NCBI GenBank assembly: GCA_002189035.1
Contig: CM007991.1
Coordinates: 5,022,001-5,086,000, forward strand
Length of the DNA stretch: 64,000 nucleotides
Direction of reading: 5' to 3'
DNA from: Utricularia gibba
Lineage: Eukaryota; Plantae; Magnoliophyta
Of the stretch, positions 1-12,859 are shown in pieces. Under the pieces are notes generated by a model. The model worked only from the letters and a program-made list of their open reading frames with translations, had not been told where the DNA came from and searched no databases. A program made the position numbers and the translations under genes. Positions within the stretch are counted from its first letter, which is position 1. Each line of letters starts with the position of its first letter.

Positions 1-1469
1 CTCTTTTGGTCATCATCAAGGCACTTGGACGCATAGTGTGTAACATGGGATTGTTTCTCCACTTTTTGTCCCAAAACCGCACCTAGAGCTACATCACTTG
101 CATCACAAATTAGTTCAAAGGGTAGACTCCAATTTGGAGCCTGAATAATGGGAGCTGAAACAAGCTTTCCTTTCAAAACATCAAAGGCGTTCATGCATTT
201 TTCATCAAAATAAAACTCAACATCCTTATGCAATAAGGCACATAGAGGAGATGCAATTTTTGAATAATCTTGAATAAATCTATGATACAATCCAGCATGT
301 CCAAGGAAAGAACGTACATCTCTTACACAAGTGGGATAAGGTAATTTTTGTATTTTCAATCTTGGCTTTGTCAACTTCAATTCCCTTTTGGGAAACATGT
401 CCTAAAATGATACCTTGTTCTACCATGAAATGACATTTCTCATAATTCAAAACAAAGTTAGTCTCAACACAACGCTTCAAAATCAATGACAAATTAGCAA
501 GGCATTCATCAAAGCTATTTCCATAAACCGTAAAGTCATCCATAAAAACCTCCATAATATTTTCAACATATTCAGAAAAAATACTAACCATGCATCTTTG
601 AAATGTTGGTGGTGCATTGCAAAGTCCAAAAGGCATTTTATGGTAAGCAAAAGTTCCAAAGCGGCAAACGAAAACAACCTTAGATTGGTCCTCAAGAGCC
701 ACGGGTATTTGATAGAAACTAGAGTATCCATCCAAGCAGCAGTAATGGCTCCTTCCAGCAAGTCTTTCCAACATTTGATCAATGAATGGAAGTGGGTAGT
801 GTTCTTTCTTGGTGGCTGCGTTCAGTTTTTGGTAATCTACGCACATTCGCTAGGCATTTTGCACTCTGGTAGGCAGGAGTTCCCCTTGGTCATTGGCCAT
901 GACTGTGATACCTGTTTTCTTCGGGACAACCTGCACAGGGCTAACCCACTCACTATCAGAAATAGGATAGATTATACCTGTGGCCAATAACTTCAGAATC
1001 TCCTTTTTGACCACTTCAATTATAGGTGGATTCAATCTCCTCTATGGTTGGCGAATTGGCTTTGTTCCCTCCTCCAAATAAATGCGATGAGTACATATGG
1101 AGGGGCTTAATCCTTTTATATCTGCCAACGTCCACCCAATTGCCTGTTTGTGCTCTTGGAGCACGCTCCTGTGTTTTTCTTCCTGTTCTAGGGTTAGTGT
1201 ACTTGAGATAATAACAAGTAAAGTCTCATTTTTGCCCAAAAATAAATATTTCAAATTTTCAGGCAGTGTTTTTAACTCTAGTAATGGCGCATGAATAACG
1301 GAAGGAATCAACAATTTGTCAGGCATTTCTAAACTCAGAAAAGCAATGTCTGAAAATTTAGGTTTTATAGAAAAATAATCAAGATAACTTAAAAGTTCGG
1401 AATCAGAAAAAGAAATATGATCAGAATCAATGTTTTCAGTAAGGCATTTGAGCAATGGATCTTGCTCAT
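1..1469 (-). mobile_element. Athila-type Ty3/gypsy pol remnant (linker, RT, start of RNase H), disrupted
   Basis: ORFs 1042-1479, 850-1035 and 280-846 give PISDSEWVSPVQVVPKK, MCVDYQKLNAATKKEHYPLPFIDQMLERLAG, MPFGLCNAP and FMDDF, which are Athila RT signatures. In-frame stop and frameshifts are present. Confidence 0.92.
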
Positions 1470-2653
1470 TGATAAACAAAAAATTTACACGTCGTAAATG
1501 TAAATCTTCCTATCAAATAAATTTATAACCTAATACACATTTTAGTATAAAATAATTATGAGCATAGTGATTAGGTCGAACACGAAGAGTAGGTGCTTGC
1601 TATGTGAAAGTTAATGCATGAAATCAGTGTCACGTTGGTAAAATTGTTCTTAGCTAGGACTAAGGCAGAACTAAAATGAATTGCATTAAAGAAAAGTAAT
1701 AAGTTCTGGAGCTCGGTTGTTTTTGGAATGAAATGGGTGATGCCTTGGGACTCCTAGGGGGATGTATGCTCATCACTAAACAAGTTCATACAAACCACAA
1801 ATCATACAACTAACTCACAAGATCTAGGCCTACCCGGATTCTTGTTTTTCCTCCTAATCTTTGGTCCACCTCTAATTAGGGTTGTTAAGTTGGGTTTCAC
1901 TACTTCCCCCTCCTAGATCTATCCTGATTTGTTAAGGAAGTGGTGTGATTTATGGTTTATTAGGTCTAAGGATGGATTAGAATATTGTCCCCTTTTCACC
2001 CCAAGTCACCCCCCTAAGTGCTTAGCCACTCATGACAAAGGAAAGGAAAACATTTTCATAATATATCCTAAGCAACATCCTGGTTTCAAATGCTAAACAA
2101 CAACGAGCAATATATAGCAGCAGTTTTTTTGTTCACACAGGAAATCCAAATGTAGTCTTAGCTAGGAACAGTAAGCATCAAGAACGAAAATGAATCTTCA
2201 AAGAGAAGCTGTGTTTTTTTGGTTCGTTGTTCCCTTCCTTCTTCTATTCCAGAAAAATCTCCAGAAACTTGTCGTGGGTCTCCAATGGGAGATCTTCCTT
2301 TTCCCTCCAACTTTCCCTCCTTTTGTCCAAAATCTCCCTTTTTTCCTCCTTGGATTTTGTGTGTACCACTTTTCAGACTTTTGGACTCATCTTCTGCGAC
2401 TACACTGTGCATTTTCGGTTCCTTGGGATTTGTGTTGCGACCTGCACTGCATTGCTCGAATAAAACTATTAGAAGGTTAAATTGTAGATTTAGTCCCAAC
2501 TAAGACTAAAATAACACAATTATGGTGCTTATACGCAAAATTATAAAACTAGGCAGTAAGACAAAAATTTTGTAGCACAATATGAATCTTTTCCATGCAC
2601 TCAATCACTCAAAAATATATTTTGTAGTACAAAAATATTTTGTACCGAGATCA
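1470..2653 (-). mobile_element. LTR, family A (homologous to solo LTR 37625-38796)
   Basis: The reverse complement aligns by eye with 37625-38796 over most of its length and ends ...TTTATCA at 1470. It abuts pol coding sequence with no PBS, and the flanks (CTCAT/AGAGT) are not a TSD. Confidence 0.8.
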
Positions 2654-4834
2654 AGAGTAGGGAAGGTTCCAAGCTCAACTTAGGCAATTTTTGCTCCCCT
2701 CCTTTGTATATTAAGTGTGGGCTAAGCACTCCTCTCCTTATTCCTCCTGAGGTTTCCTACTCCTCTGAGTCATTCTAGTAACCTCCCTTCTCTCTTTACT
2801 TTGTTGTCTACACACACTTTTTAATTGTGTGTTGCTTTTCAAGACATGGGGTCTCATCGCTTTTCTTATGATGATGCTTTTCTGACCCCCTCTCTCTTGT
2901 TTTTTTCATCTCTCTATAAGCCTTTCGACCACCAGTATCCATGAAAGAGCCAAATGTGTCAGTTTGCACAAAAAAATCTCGATTGCACAAATCAGGATCC
3001 ATCACACATGTTGCTACCTCACGAAGATAAGTAGGTTAAAAGTCAAGCTCACAGGTGTATAAATGGTTAAAGCAACATTCATGCATCTTGTACTTCATGA
3101 AAAGCATCACGCATGTATATGAAAATTCCTCGAATAGCTTGCAAAATTCTCCGGATCCTAGTACCGAACTACTAAATTACCTGAGCTTAGACTAACACCC
3201 TAAAAATAAAAATAAAAATAGAAATAAAAATAAAACTACGGCAATGCAGCGATGTTACTTGGTCAGGGAGGATTCTTTCACTCCCTGTTTTAGTTCCTTC
3301 ACTTCCCTTAGCAAATTCTCAAGCCTGCCGTATATCATGTCAATCCTTTTAGTGCAGCAGCAAACTTTTTCATTCCTTTGGGTCATGGTTGTCTGCCGTA
3401 AGAGACTTAAAAACAAATCAACTTCCTTGTGCACGAATTAGTGCAGCAATTTTAAGAAAATGAGCATCAAGAGGGCTACCTTTTTTTCTACATGCAAAAA
3501 TTCCAACTCAGAAATTTTATCAGAGCATAACCTTTGAGCAAGAAAGGTAATGACATTACTGAACCCAAGATTGTTTATGGTATTCCTCCGATATTCCCAG
3601 TTCATTTGCTCTGCTAAAATTCAAGGATTTCTTGTGCAACAAGCACCACATGACAAACAAATCACGTTTGTACAGAGAATTAAATCCGAAGGCCCTACCA
3701 AACAGCATAGCAGAAACAAGCAAGTGGACATATCGCATAGCAGGGTCTGTAAATAAATCAGCTTTCGTCCCCTTAGATTTAAATTCTATCACATGTTGAT
3801 CAGTTAAAATTTCATAAACCTCTTCAGCATTAAAGTCATCAGGGTAATCAAACAATGAAGTAGCAAATTCATGGGATTAAACATGCTTTTCTGTACAAAA
3901 TCCTAAAGCTACATGAATGTTCACGTTAACGTTCTTCATCACCTCCATGAATGCTTTCAGTCCACGTTTGTCCTTGCTTTTCCTTCGAAGTCTCATCGGG
4001 ATGCTCTAAAATAATAATCAGGATGCTCTAAAATAATCTCCTCATCCACTTCATCATCGTCGTCAAAGACTTCTTATTCTTTTTCGTCAGATCTGTCCAC
4101 CTTAGTCATGAACCATGGGTAAGGTTCCGACAAATCCTTCGCACTTCTTAAAGATATGGCATTGATGTGCTCTGGGTTCTTCATTGGTTGGGATGGCAGT
4201 GCTCCTTGCATTTCCAGTCGGTTCATGGCTTGAACCAGCTGGGTAATCTGAGTTTGCATGCATGTGATTCGTCCATCCATGTCTTTTTGTGCAGCATACA
4301 TTTTGGTGGTGCTCTCGGCAAGGGACTTCACCATGGACTCCAGATTTTGATTCAGATGATAAGGAACAAGAGGTTGATCTGGAACTCCAGTGATTTGTAA
4401 AGGTTGAGGCGGAGCTGTGAGAGTTTTCTGAGAAACACCAGAAGGGTTCCCTAGTGATGGTCCTTAGTGCTGGGCCATGATTAGTGATCGGCAGATCTGG
4501 AAAAAATTGCGGATGCTGTTGCTCCTATTCTCCATGCATTGTGGGGACTCCAATCGGTGGTTGAGCATCCATTTCTTCGTCAGAAGATAGATTTGAAGTT
4601 AGTTCCCTCTTTTTTGCCATAAATGTGCGCTCAATCTCCACATCTAAAGGGCACAAGATATCTCGGTACGATCTGAAGCTTTGGTGACTCTTTGGTGGAG
4701 CTGAATGCATAAAAATAGAGAAAAACAGCACCAAAACGGAAACAAAAAAAAAACAAGAAGAACGGAAGAAAAGAAAAACTATACACAACACTAAACAAAA
4801 AAATACACAACTCTCCAGCAACGTGCCAAAAATT
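2654..4834 (-). mobile_element. Athila internal remnant: PBS, gag fragments, env-like ORF fragments, 3' non-coding; pol absent
   Basis: Degenerate PBS TGGCACGTTGCTGGAGAG at 4811-4828. Gag linker GALPSQPMKNPEHINAISLRS (ORF 4074-4334). Env-like PAMRYVHLLVSAMLFGR...RDLFVMWCLL (ORF 3556-3855). Confidence 0.72.
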
Positions 4835-5734
4835 TGTTGTGTGTCGTTTCCTCAACAAATTTTAAATATTTATAAAACGTAAAACACAAAAAGCGTAGTA
4901 CGAGTATCGATCTCAGTGAGTTTTTTTTCGTGAAAAGTGTTTGTAAGAAACTTTCACATAATGTCACGCGTGTGCCCAGCTGTTGCCAATAGCCAGTGGC
5001 TGGTCCGAGGTCGCAACCTGTCCACTGACGCAGTACCTAGGCCACAAACAATCCGCTACTTCCCTTGAACCGACAGTGTTGGAGTTGGTGCTCTTCACCT
5101 TGATCTTCACCAAAATCCGTGAGGAGTGGCCTGCAACTCATGGACCTTAACTATGAGTCGTTATAGAAAGACCACAACAATACGCGTGGAAGTATTGTTC
5201 AAGACTTCGAAGGAAATTTCATCTACTCCCAGAAACTAAAGGGTTTTAGCCACAAAGGGCCATGAAAACAGAAATTTAATCCGAAACTAAATGCTCAAAG
5301 TATCTTTTATATCACTCCCCACGTGCATTAACTCCTTTGGATCCCTTTCCCATCATTTCTTCTGTCTTACGTGCACAAGTAGCCTTCTTTTACGTGCAAG
5401 TTAGTGCCCAATCTTTACTGTAGACTCTGACATGCCGTAAGTCAGGGGCCTTGACCAATGTCAGTCTTCCGCCCACAATCATTCCAAGTCGCGTACAAGG
5501 CACGAAAAGTCAGACTCTGACCACCTGCAATACTCCTGCAATACTACACGACAGTCTTCTGACATGTCTCGATCAAAGTGTGAGAAAAAAGACAGAAAAT
5601 ATATACAAATTAGGAAAATAAAGATTTTCCAATAAAAATCAAATACTTAATAATAAGACTCCTAATTTGGGCAACTTAATACTAGATTAACACCTAATAA
5701 TATCTAATAAATAACTAGAAATTAACACTTAACA
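4835..5734 (-). mobile_element. 5' LTR, family B (internally deleted, 900 bp)
   Basis: Termini TGTTAAGTGT...CAACA on the - strand, followed by a PBS. Homologous to 7740-9611 and 49930-51207. Confidence 0.88.
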
Positions 5735-6060
5735 GGTAGAGAAATAAACTTAATCAGATAGAAGTAATATTAGTAAACTTTAGAGTTATGGCCCATCAAC
5801 TTGATGCAACTTGAGTAGGTTGAACTCCATGGTATAAATTTCATGAGTTTTCTGATTGATCCATAATCCCATGAGAAGTTCTTGATACTTTCATGCTCTT
5901 GATCTTGTGAGTGACTCAATTGAAATAAGGTAAGGATTATTATACTTTCCCTCATCTTCATTCTCTTTGTTTGTGACATTTATGATCTCATCACCTACAC
6001 TCTATGATCAACCTTCAAGTCACAAATGTAGTTGACACGCTTCCCTTCCCTTCCCTTTCC

Positions 6061-6439
6061 GACTAAATTAATCAAATAACACTTTGTCAAATAGCACTAT
6101 TATAAAAAGTAATTAGTTGAAAAAACACACATTTGTAAATCATTTTTCAAATAGCACTTTTATGTATTATTTCAAATCAAAATATATATAGTGGTCTAAT
6201 TAAAACATATATATTAATTTTTTTTATTGATCATAATGAAGTATAAAAATATAAAAATATCAATGTAATATATATTGAATCATAAAAATATATATTTGAG
6301 TAATACATATGTTTTAATTAGATCAATATATATTTTTAATTTGAAAAAATTGATAAAAGTACTATTTGAAAAATAATTTTCAAACATGTGTTATTCAGCA
6401 AATTACTTTTTTAGAGAGTGTTATTTGACTAATTTACTT
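6061..6439. mobile_element. Foldback / Mutator-like MITE with ~150-bp terminal inverted repeats
   Basis: Left AAATTAATCAAATAACACT vs reverse complement of right AAATTAGTCAAATAACACT. Inverted similarity continues inward (TTTTCAAATAG.ACTTT, TCTAATTAAAACATAT). No clear TSD. Confidence 0.7.
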
Positions 6440-6949
6440 CTCATCTCAATTTTATGAAAACAAGCTTTGGCCATAAAAACAGTGAGTAATGCTGTACATT
6501 TATTTTTTTAAAAAATGCGTAATAGGAAGAGAGAGGCTAACGGTCAGGAAATTGGACAAGTGGTGGTGTAGACCCACTTTTTTTTATTACAATTGTTAGC
6601 TAAGTTTGCTGAGATAAATTTTAATTACTAAAATAATAGAAAATTATTAATACAAATTATATTAAATATAATTACATTGTATACTAGGCCTAGAATGTTT
6701 CCGAATTTTGATAATTCTTTTAATTAATTTCACATTCTTTTTATTTAGCGTTTATTATATTTTTTTAAATAACTTTTATATCAATTTGATCTTTTTAGAT
6801 AAAAAGTATATTTTATAATTTTTCAAGATAATTTCAACTTATATTAAAGGGAAATAAAACTGAATTCGGTGGAAGTGACTATTCGAATGAATAATTAGTC
6901 AAAGACTTTCAAATAAAATACAGATTGGATCTTTTCTTCAAATATTTGC

Positions 6950-7480
6950 ATCTTATCATATAAGCTTCAAATAGAAGTTTAGAAGGACATCTTATATTAT
7001 AACGACATGAGCACCAAAATATTGAAGAAGCACAAAGTCTTTGAGTTAGTCTAGGAGTTTAGAATCAAGTTTGACGTGTTAGTTTTGTTTCCTTCATTTT
7101 TCATCAATTTTTCATATGTTAGAGTCAAGCATACATGTGTAGGCACTTGTGTGGGACAAATAAAACCTCTCGAGTGATTTGACCGTCTAATCTAAAGAAA
7201 TTAGTATCCCATGAAACATGAGAAAAGTTTACCTTCAAGAGAATGAATCTCTTACAACTAGACTATGAAAGAAAGAGGAAAATCAAAAGTCACACTTCAG
7301 ATTGAAAAAGAATTTGAAGTGATAATCTTTAGATGCTACAAATTTTAGTGTATATGTTTTAGAGACAATTAAATTATTGGCAAATCTTATCTTTTCAATA
7401 GTGATCAAATTTATATTATTAATAAAATCTTTAATAAAATCCTTTACTTGATTTATGTGATGTAGAAATTATGATTAGAT
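6950..7480 (+). mobile_element. Short LTR fragments (family C-like, then start of family D-like)
   Basis: 7000-7190 resembles 18260-18420. 7310-7480 resembles the first ~150 bp of the LTR at 20279. Confidence 0.45.
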
Positions 7481-8796
7481 CACACCTAGAATCTCCACGA
7501 CCTAGAATCTCACCATGCTGAGATCAAAACCAATATGGATCCAACATAGATCTATCTCTAATATTAACTATTTTGGGCACCCAACCCTAATAGATTTATG
7601 TTCCCCCTTTGCAAGGAAAAAGCCTTATATAAGATTTGTAGGGTTCCTTTATTTAAAAACATCTGCTCTCTCGTCCACAATCAATGTGGAATGCCTTCAC
7701 TATGCTCTTGACCTTATATTTCATTTCTAGGTTGAGATATGTTGCATATCGTTTCCTCAACAAATTTTAATTTAGAAAAACGTAGCATATAATAAAGCGT
7801 AGTACAAGTGTTGATCTCAAGGAGTTGAGTTTTGTGAAAAAGTGTTTTGTAGAAATTTTTTACAAATTATCATGGATTTGTAAAAGGGGATTTTTGAAGT
7901 ACATAAATAAATGTACAACACAAGTAATCGATCTTGACTAAGGGACGCAATTCCTGGGAAATGGATTCCGTTTCCTCCTTTTGTCTATCCTTGCCTCGAC
8001 TTTCATTGATTCCTTCCGAATAGCTGGTTATAAGAGCAAGGAATAGTTTACACTCCCTTATACTTTTATTGACAAGGAGCCACGGGAATAGCCTAATGTG
8101 ATTCCCCCTTGGATAATTGAGAAAATAAGAGGATTGTCGTCAATTGACTTTAAAACCAAATTCTGTGTGTGTGCTCAATTGTTGCCAATGACCAATAGTA
8201 GGTACGAGGTCACTACATGTCCATTGTTGCGGTATCTCGATCACAAACAATTTGCTACTTCCCTCTAATTGGTAGGGTTGGAGATAGTGCTCTTCACCTT
8301 GCTCTTCATCAAAATTCGTGAGGAGTGACCTGTTGCTCGTGTATTGTGACTAGGAGAAATTACAGAAAGACTGCAACAAGACCGTGGAATTATACAAAAT
8401 CCGGAATGAATTGAGAAAAAAACCGAGATTGATACTCAACGCATGCAAGGAAACTTTATCTATTCCCAAAAACTAAAGTGGTTTAACCACAAATGGGCAT
8501 GAAAATAGAAAATGAAAATGGAAAACTAAGGTGTTCCTCCCTTGATGGAGAGGAAGAACCAAAAGTTCTTAGTGCTTCCCTTGCAAAGTATCAAAAGTTC
8601 AAAAACAAATGTTTCAAGTTGGTTTTAATTAACTCCCCACGTGAATTAATTTCTTGTGCTTCCCTTGCATCATTCTTTTTGTCTTGCATGCGCCACCAGC
8701 TTTCCATTACGTGCAAGTAAATGCGCAATCATTGTTGTAGATTTTGACATGTCGTAAGTCAAGAGTCCTGGCTAGTGTCAATCTTTCGTCCCCAAT

Positions 8797-9351
8797 TAGA
8801 GCTGGGCACGGGGCCGACTCGACGGGTCATGGGTCGGACCCACCGGGTAAAAAATGAAGGTCTGACTCGGCGGGTACGGGTTGACACAGGTTAGTAAATT
8901 CTCTAGGTACTGCAAATATGCCATTGCGATAGCTGGAAATCACTACCTTCAATATTCTCTAGGCATCACAAATATGCCATTGCGGTGCCTGGAAGACACT
9001 GGCTTCAATATTCGTCAAGCACCGCAAACATGCCATTGCAGTGCCTGGAAGACACTGACTTCAATACTCTATGAGCACCGTAAACATGCCATTGTGGTGC
9101 CTGAAAGACACTAGCTTCAATATTCGTCAGGCATCCCAAACATACTATTGCGGTGCCTGAAAGAGCCTTACTTCAATATTCTCTAGGCACCTCAAAGATG
9201 CCATGGCAATGCCTGGACATCCTCTTGATAACCCGCCGGGTTGACTCGTACCTTTCTACAACCGACCCATCTTGTACCCGTTTTTTACGGTTACGGGTCA
9301 CGGGTTGACCCTCTGGATACATGGGTTAGCCCGTAACCGTGGCCAGCTCTA
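8797..9351. mobile_element. hAT-type MITE (555 bp) inserted in the solo LTR
   Basis: 15-bp TIR TAGAGCTGG(G/C)CACGG (14/15 match) and 8-bp TSD TCCCCAAT/TCCACAAT. The sister LTRs show the empty site CCCACAAT (~5472 and ~50943). Confidence 0.88.
8913..9218. repeat. 56-bp minisatellite, ~5.5 copies, inside the hAT MITE
   Basis: Unit ~CAAACATGCCATTGCGGTGCCTGGAAGACACTGGCTTCAATATTCGTCAAGCACCG. The first two units start at 8913 and 8969. Confidence 0.92.
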
Positions 9352-9859
9352 TCCACAATTGACCCAAGTTGCATGTAAGACACGAAACATCAGAGCTTGG
9401 TCTCCTACAACTCTTCTACAACACTCCAAATTTGCCTCCTGACATTTTGGGTAAAAGTGCATAAAAAAGACAACAAAATATGCACAAAATACAAAAATAG
9501 GAATTTTCTAATAAAAGAAATACCTACCAATATAAATCTTAAATTGGGAGACTTAATACTTAATTAGTACGTAATAATATATAATAAATACTTAGAAAAT
9601 GACACTTAACAAGATACTTCTTCTGTTTTTCATTAATAATTTTTTACTTCTTTGTTAAATTCAATTGGGTATTGTTTGTTTCTGTAAGGTGAGAAGTACC
9701 AACTCACATCCTTTGGTTGGAGAGAGATAACGTTTTGTTTAAAACTCAAATCTAAACTATTGGGTTATTGGCAACATTTGAGCATATGGGCACAATTTGA
9801 TCATGAAGATAATTGACAGTTGGACCTCTTATATATGCGTAAGGTAAGCAATTGTCATG

Positions 9860-12760
9860 ATTCCTTTCAAGAGAGTATAAGAGAAAGTAGACAATTTATT
9901 ATTCTCATAATCGAGTATTCAAGAGGAACAAATACGAGTGAAGATACAATGAATGCAATTTGGAAGGATTCTAGTTGAAGGGACAACCAAATTCTTTTGC
10001 TAGAGACTTCTGGAGGAGAGGGGATTCTAAAGAAATCGCAAGAACTTACTGAAGGAGGAAGATGATTTAGCAAAAACAAGCTTCCTTTTAAAGATTTCCC
10101 CTCTCTTGATGAATACTACTGCTGAGAATAATTTTTAGTTTTTCTGCGTGAACCATTTAGTGTTTATGCTTTGTTATGCATCCTTTACTGTTGTTTAAAT
10201 TTGATATCAGAATGGTGATTATGATATGTCACGAAAACGTTTTTCTTTCCCTTATCATGAGTAGCTAAAGCACCTAGAAGTGCCTTGAGGTAAAGGAGTT
10301 AAGAAGTTTTTTGTTCACTAAACTACATTAACATAGTATCACATTATTTCCCTACAAACCAATATGGATCCAAGTGGGGAAGTAGTGAAGCTTACTAAAA
10401 CAACTCTAATTAGAGGTAGACTAAAAATTAGCAAAAGCAAAGGTTTGGATAGACTTCGGACTTTGCTTGTTATGTGAATAATCTATGGTTTATGTGGGAT
10501 AGTAGTAGCAATTTGCATGTTAATACTAAGACTCCCAAGGCACCCCCATCTCATCTTAAGTACAACCGAGTTCAAATATTTGTTATTTTTCTTTATTGTA
10601 TTTTATGTAAATCTATCCATGTGACACTAATTGCATGCATTGATAATCACATGACATGCACCTACTCTTCATGTTTGACCCTAATCACTATGCTCAAAAT
10701 TGTATTATATTTGAATGTGTATTAGGTTTACAAATTTTATTTGATAGAAGAATTTGCAATTTTAACGACATTGCTAAAATTTTTCATTTATCAAATTGGC
10801 ACCAGGGAGCTAGTTGGTTTATGCATTTGCGTTCTTCTACTACAAGTAATCTTGTTTTTTATCCAAAAATCAAGAGAGCTATTGATAACAACCACACAAG
10901 AGTGAGAGAAGCAACAAGGTTGATAAGACTCTATGCTGAAACTCGAGTTGATTTCATCATGAAAAAATAGGAGAAGACCTTGAATGAGCTTGATGCACTT
11001 GACAATACGAATGGGGGGCTATGCATTAGGTTTTTTGATGACACATCCAATGAATTGAAGCCAACTATGATTAATTTTCTACCTAAGTACTATGGAAAAG
11101 TGGGTGAAAATCCACACGAATATCTGGATAATGTTACTCCTGTTTTCGCCTCCTTTAAGAGTGCATGAGGGCATTCCAATTTACATTGGAAGGAAGTGCG
11201 AAAACGTGGTTCAATTGATTGAAGCCTGGAAGCATCACAGACTAGTCAAAGATGAAGAAGGCATTTCTCAACAAATATTTTCGTACTTCCAAGGCTGAAG
11301 GGATAAAAAAGGAGATTAGTGACATTGAGCAAACAAGTGAAGAATATCTACACGAATATTGGAAGCGATTTAATCACCTGTTAGGCTCTAGCCCACACCA
11401 CGGATTTTAGACTAATTTATTGGTTATATATTTTTATGATGGACTTCTATGTATAGATAGAGCTATAGTTGTTTCTGCTGCAGGTGGATTTTTAAGGAAA
11501 AAGACTCCCATAGAAGCTCTTGCATTGCTTGAGGTGTTGGCTGAGCACTCTAGATATAATATATGAAAACAGTCTTGATCAGAAAAGTTTATGAGCTAGA
11601 ATGCAAGCCAAAAGCATCAGAAAGTGAGTTGACGAAAAATGTAGCTGTCATGTTTGAGATGATGAAGCAATTATTTTTATTCCAAGCTAAGAATATGACT
11701 TGTGGGAATTGTCACAGAATGAGACACATTGCTGATAAATGTCCCGATTTGCTAGAGGAGGAACATGTGAAAGTAATGGAATATTCGGAGCTACAATCCT
11801 AGATGGAGGGATCATCCAAATTTTAGATGGATTAACAATGATAATTCTTACAAGGGAGAAAGTTCATCTGCTGTACAACAAGGATTTCAATAAAATTACT
11901 AGAAGCCGCAGCAACGTTCTTATCAAGATCCACCATTTTGAAATCCAAACTAACAGATGCAACATCAACTTCAGCCTCCAAACTAGAATAATTCTGTAGG
12001 AAATTCTGAAAGTTCATTGGAGGATATTTTGTAGACTTTCATGACCTAATCCATCAAAAACCAAGGTGAGAACTGACAAGCTATCAAGAACTTGGAAATT
12101 CAAGTAACTTAGTTGGCATCTGAGGTTGGGGAACTGAAGTAGAAGGGAAGCCTACCATCACAAGCCAAACAAAATCCCAACTCTAGGGAGGACAAAATAT
12201 CAGCGCAATGACATTGAGAAATTGGTAGGAAAAACCCATAAGAGAATTAGTCCAACTTAAGAGTAATTCAGAGGTGGGAGAAGAGTATGAAGTTGTGTGG
12301 AAGGAAATATTGAAGAATAGGAGGTGGAGATTGCTACAGAATCTCTCGTGGTAAAGGCGAGAGAGGAACAAAATGAGAAGGAATATTGCCGAAAAGTGTG
12401 AAATACTTGACTCTTATTGAGGGCATTGACCTAGTGCCGAAAAGTGTGAAGTAATTGAAGCAGCTCTATATCTCTAAGCCAAACTGAAGGAAAAAAGGCA
12501 AGGTGAAGCTATGTGAAAATTGCTCTATCCTTTTGACTTGGAAGCTATCTGAAAAATGCAAGGACCTTGGAACTTTTTTTATTCCCTGCAAAATAGGTGA
12601 CTTGAACATTAGGAGAGGAATGGCTGACCTGGGAGCCTCCATAAATATAATGTCATTTTCTGTTTAAGAGACTCTCAGGTTAAGACCTCTACAAGCATCA
12701 AGAGTGCAATTGAGCTTGTTGATCGAAGAGTAAATTCTCCTAAAGGCTTGATTGAAGAAT
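9860..12760 (+). mobile_element. Athila remnant: family-A-like LTR (ends 10793), PBS, gag, aspartic protease
   Basis: LTR end CATTTATCA followed by AAT TGGCACC. Gag ELKPTMINFLPKYYGKVGENPHEYL, knuckle-like CGNCHRMRHIADKCP, protease ADLGASINIMS at ~12620-12660. Many stops; left boundary approximate. Confidence 0.8.
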
Positions 12761-12859
12761 GAGTTTGATGGCAGGATAGACTGATAAAGAAATGATTATT
12801 CTAGTTTTAGCTTAGTTAAATACTTCTCTTAATTCAATTTCTGGAAACTCTCAAAAAAC

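Larger units (their letters stand above)
7740..9611 (-). mobile_element. Solo LTR, family B, carrying a nested MITE
   Basis: TG...CA termini and a perfect 5-bp TSD AGATA (7735-7739 and 9612-9616). Homologous to 4835-5734 and 49930-51207. Confidence 0.92.

Noticed and set aside
2158-2503. Similar ORFs at 2158-2499 and 37753-38049 (RNTNPKEP.M.SVVAE)
   Set aside because: They are similar only because both lie in copies of the family A LTR. They diverge in frame and show no domain.
1465-2658. Calling LTR 1470-2653 a solo LTR
   Set aside because: The flanks CTCAT and AGAGT do not form a TSD, so it is kept only as an unpaired LTR.
4811-4828. tRNA-like matches here, at 10797 and at 48358
   Set aside because: Short primer-binding sites complementary to tRNA 3' ends, not tRNA genes.
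5770-5990. 73-codon-scale ORF region with a - strand ESLTRSRA-like frame
   Set aside because: It resembles the 3' tail of a Ty3/gypsy pol but is too short and degenerate to assign.
8913-9218. CRISPR-like appearance of the 56-bp array (also 36900-37450 and 59172-59650)
   Set aside because: Units are homologous along their full length with no unique spacers, there are no cas genes, and the context is a eukaryotic TE. These are minisatellites.
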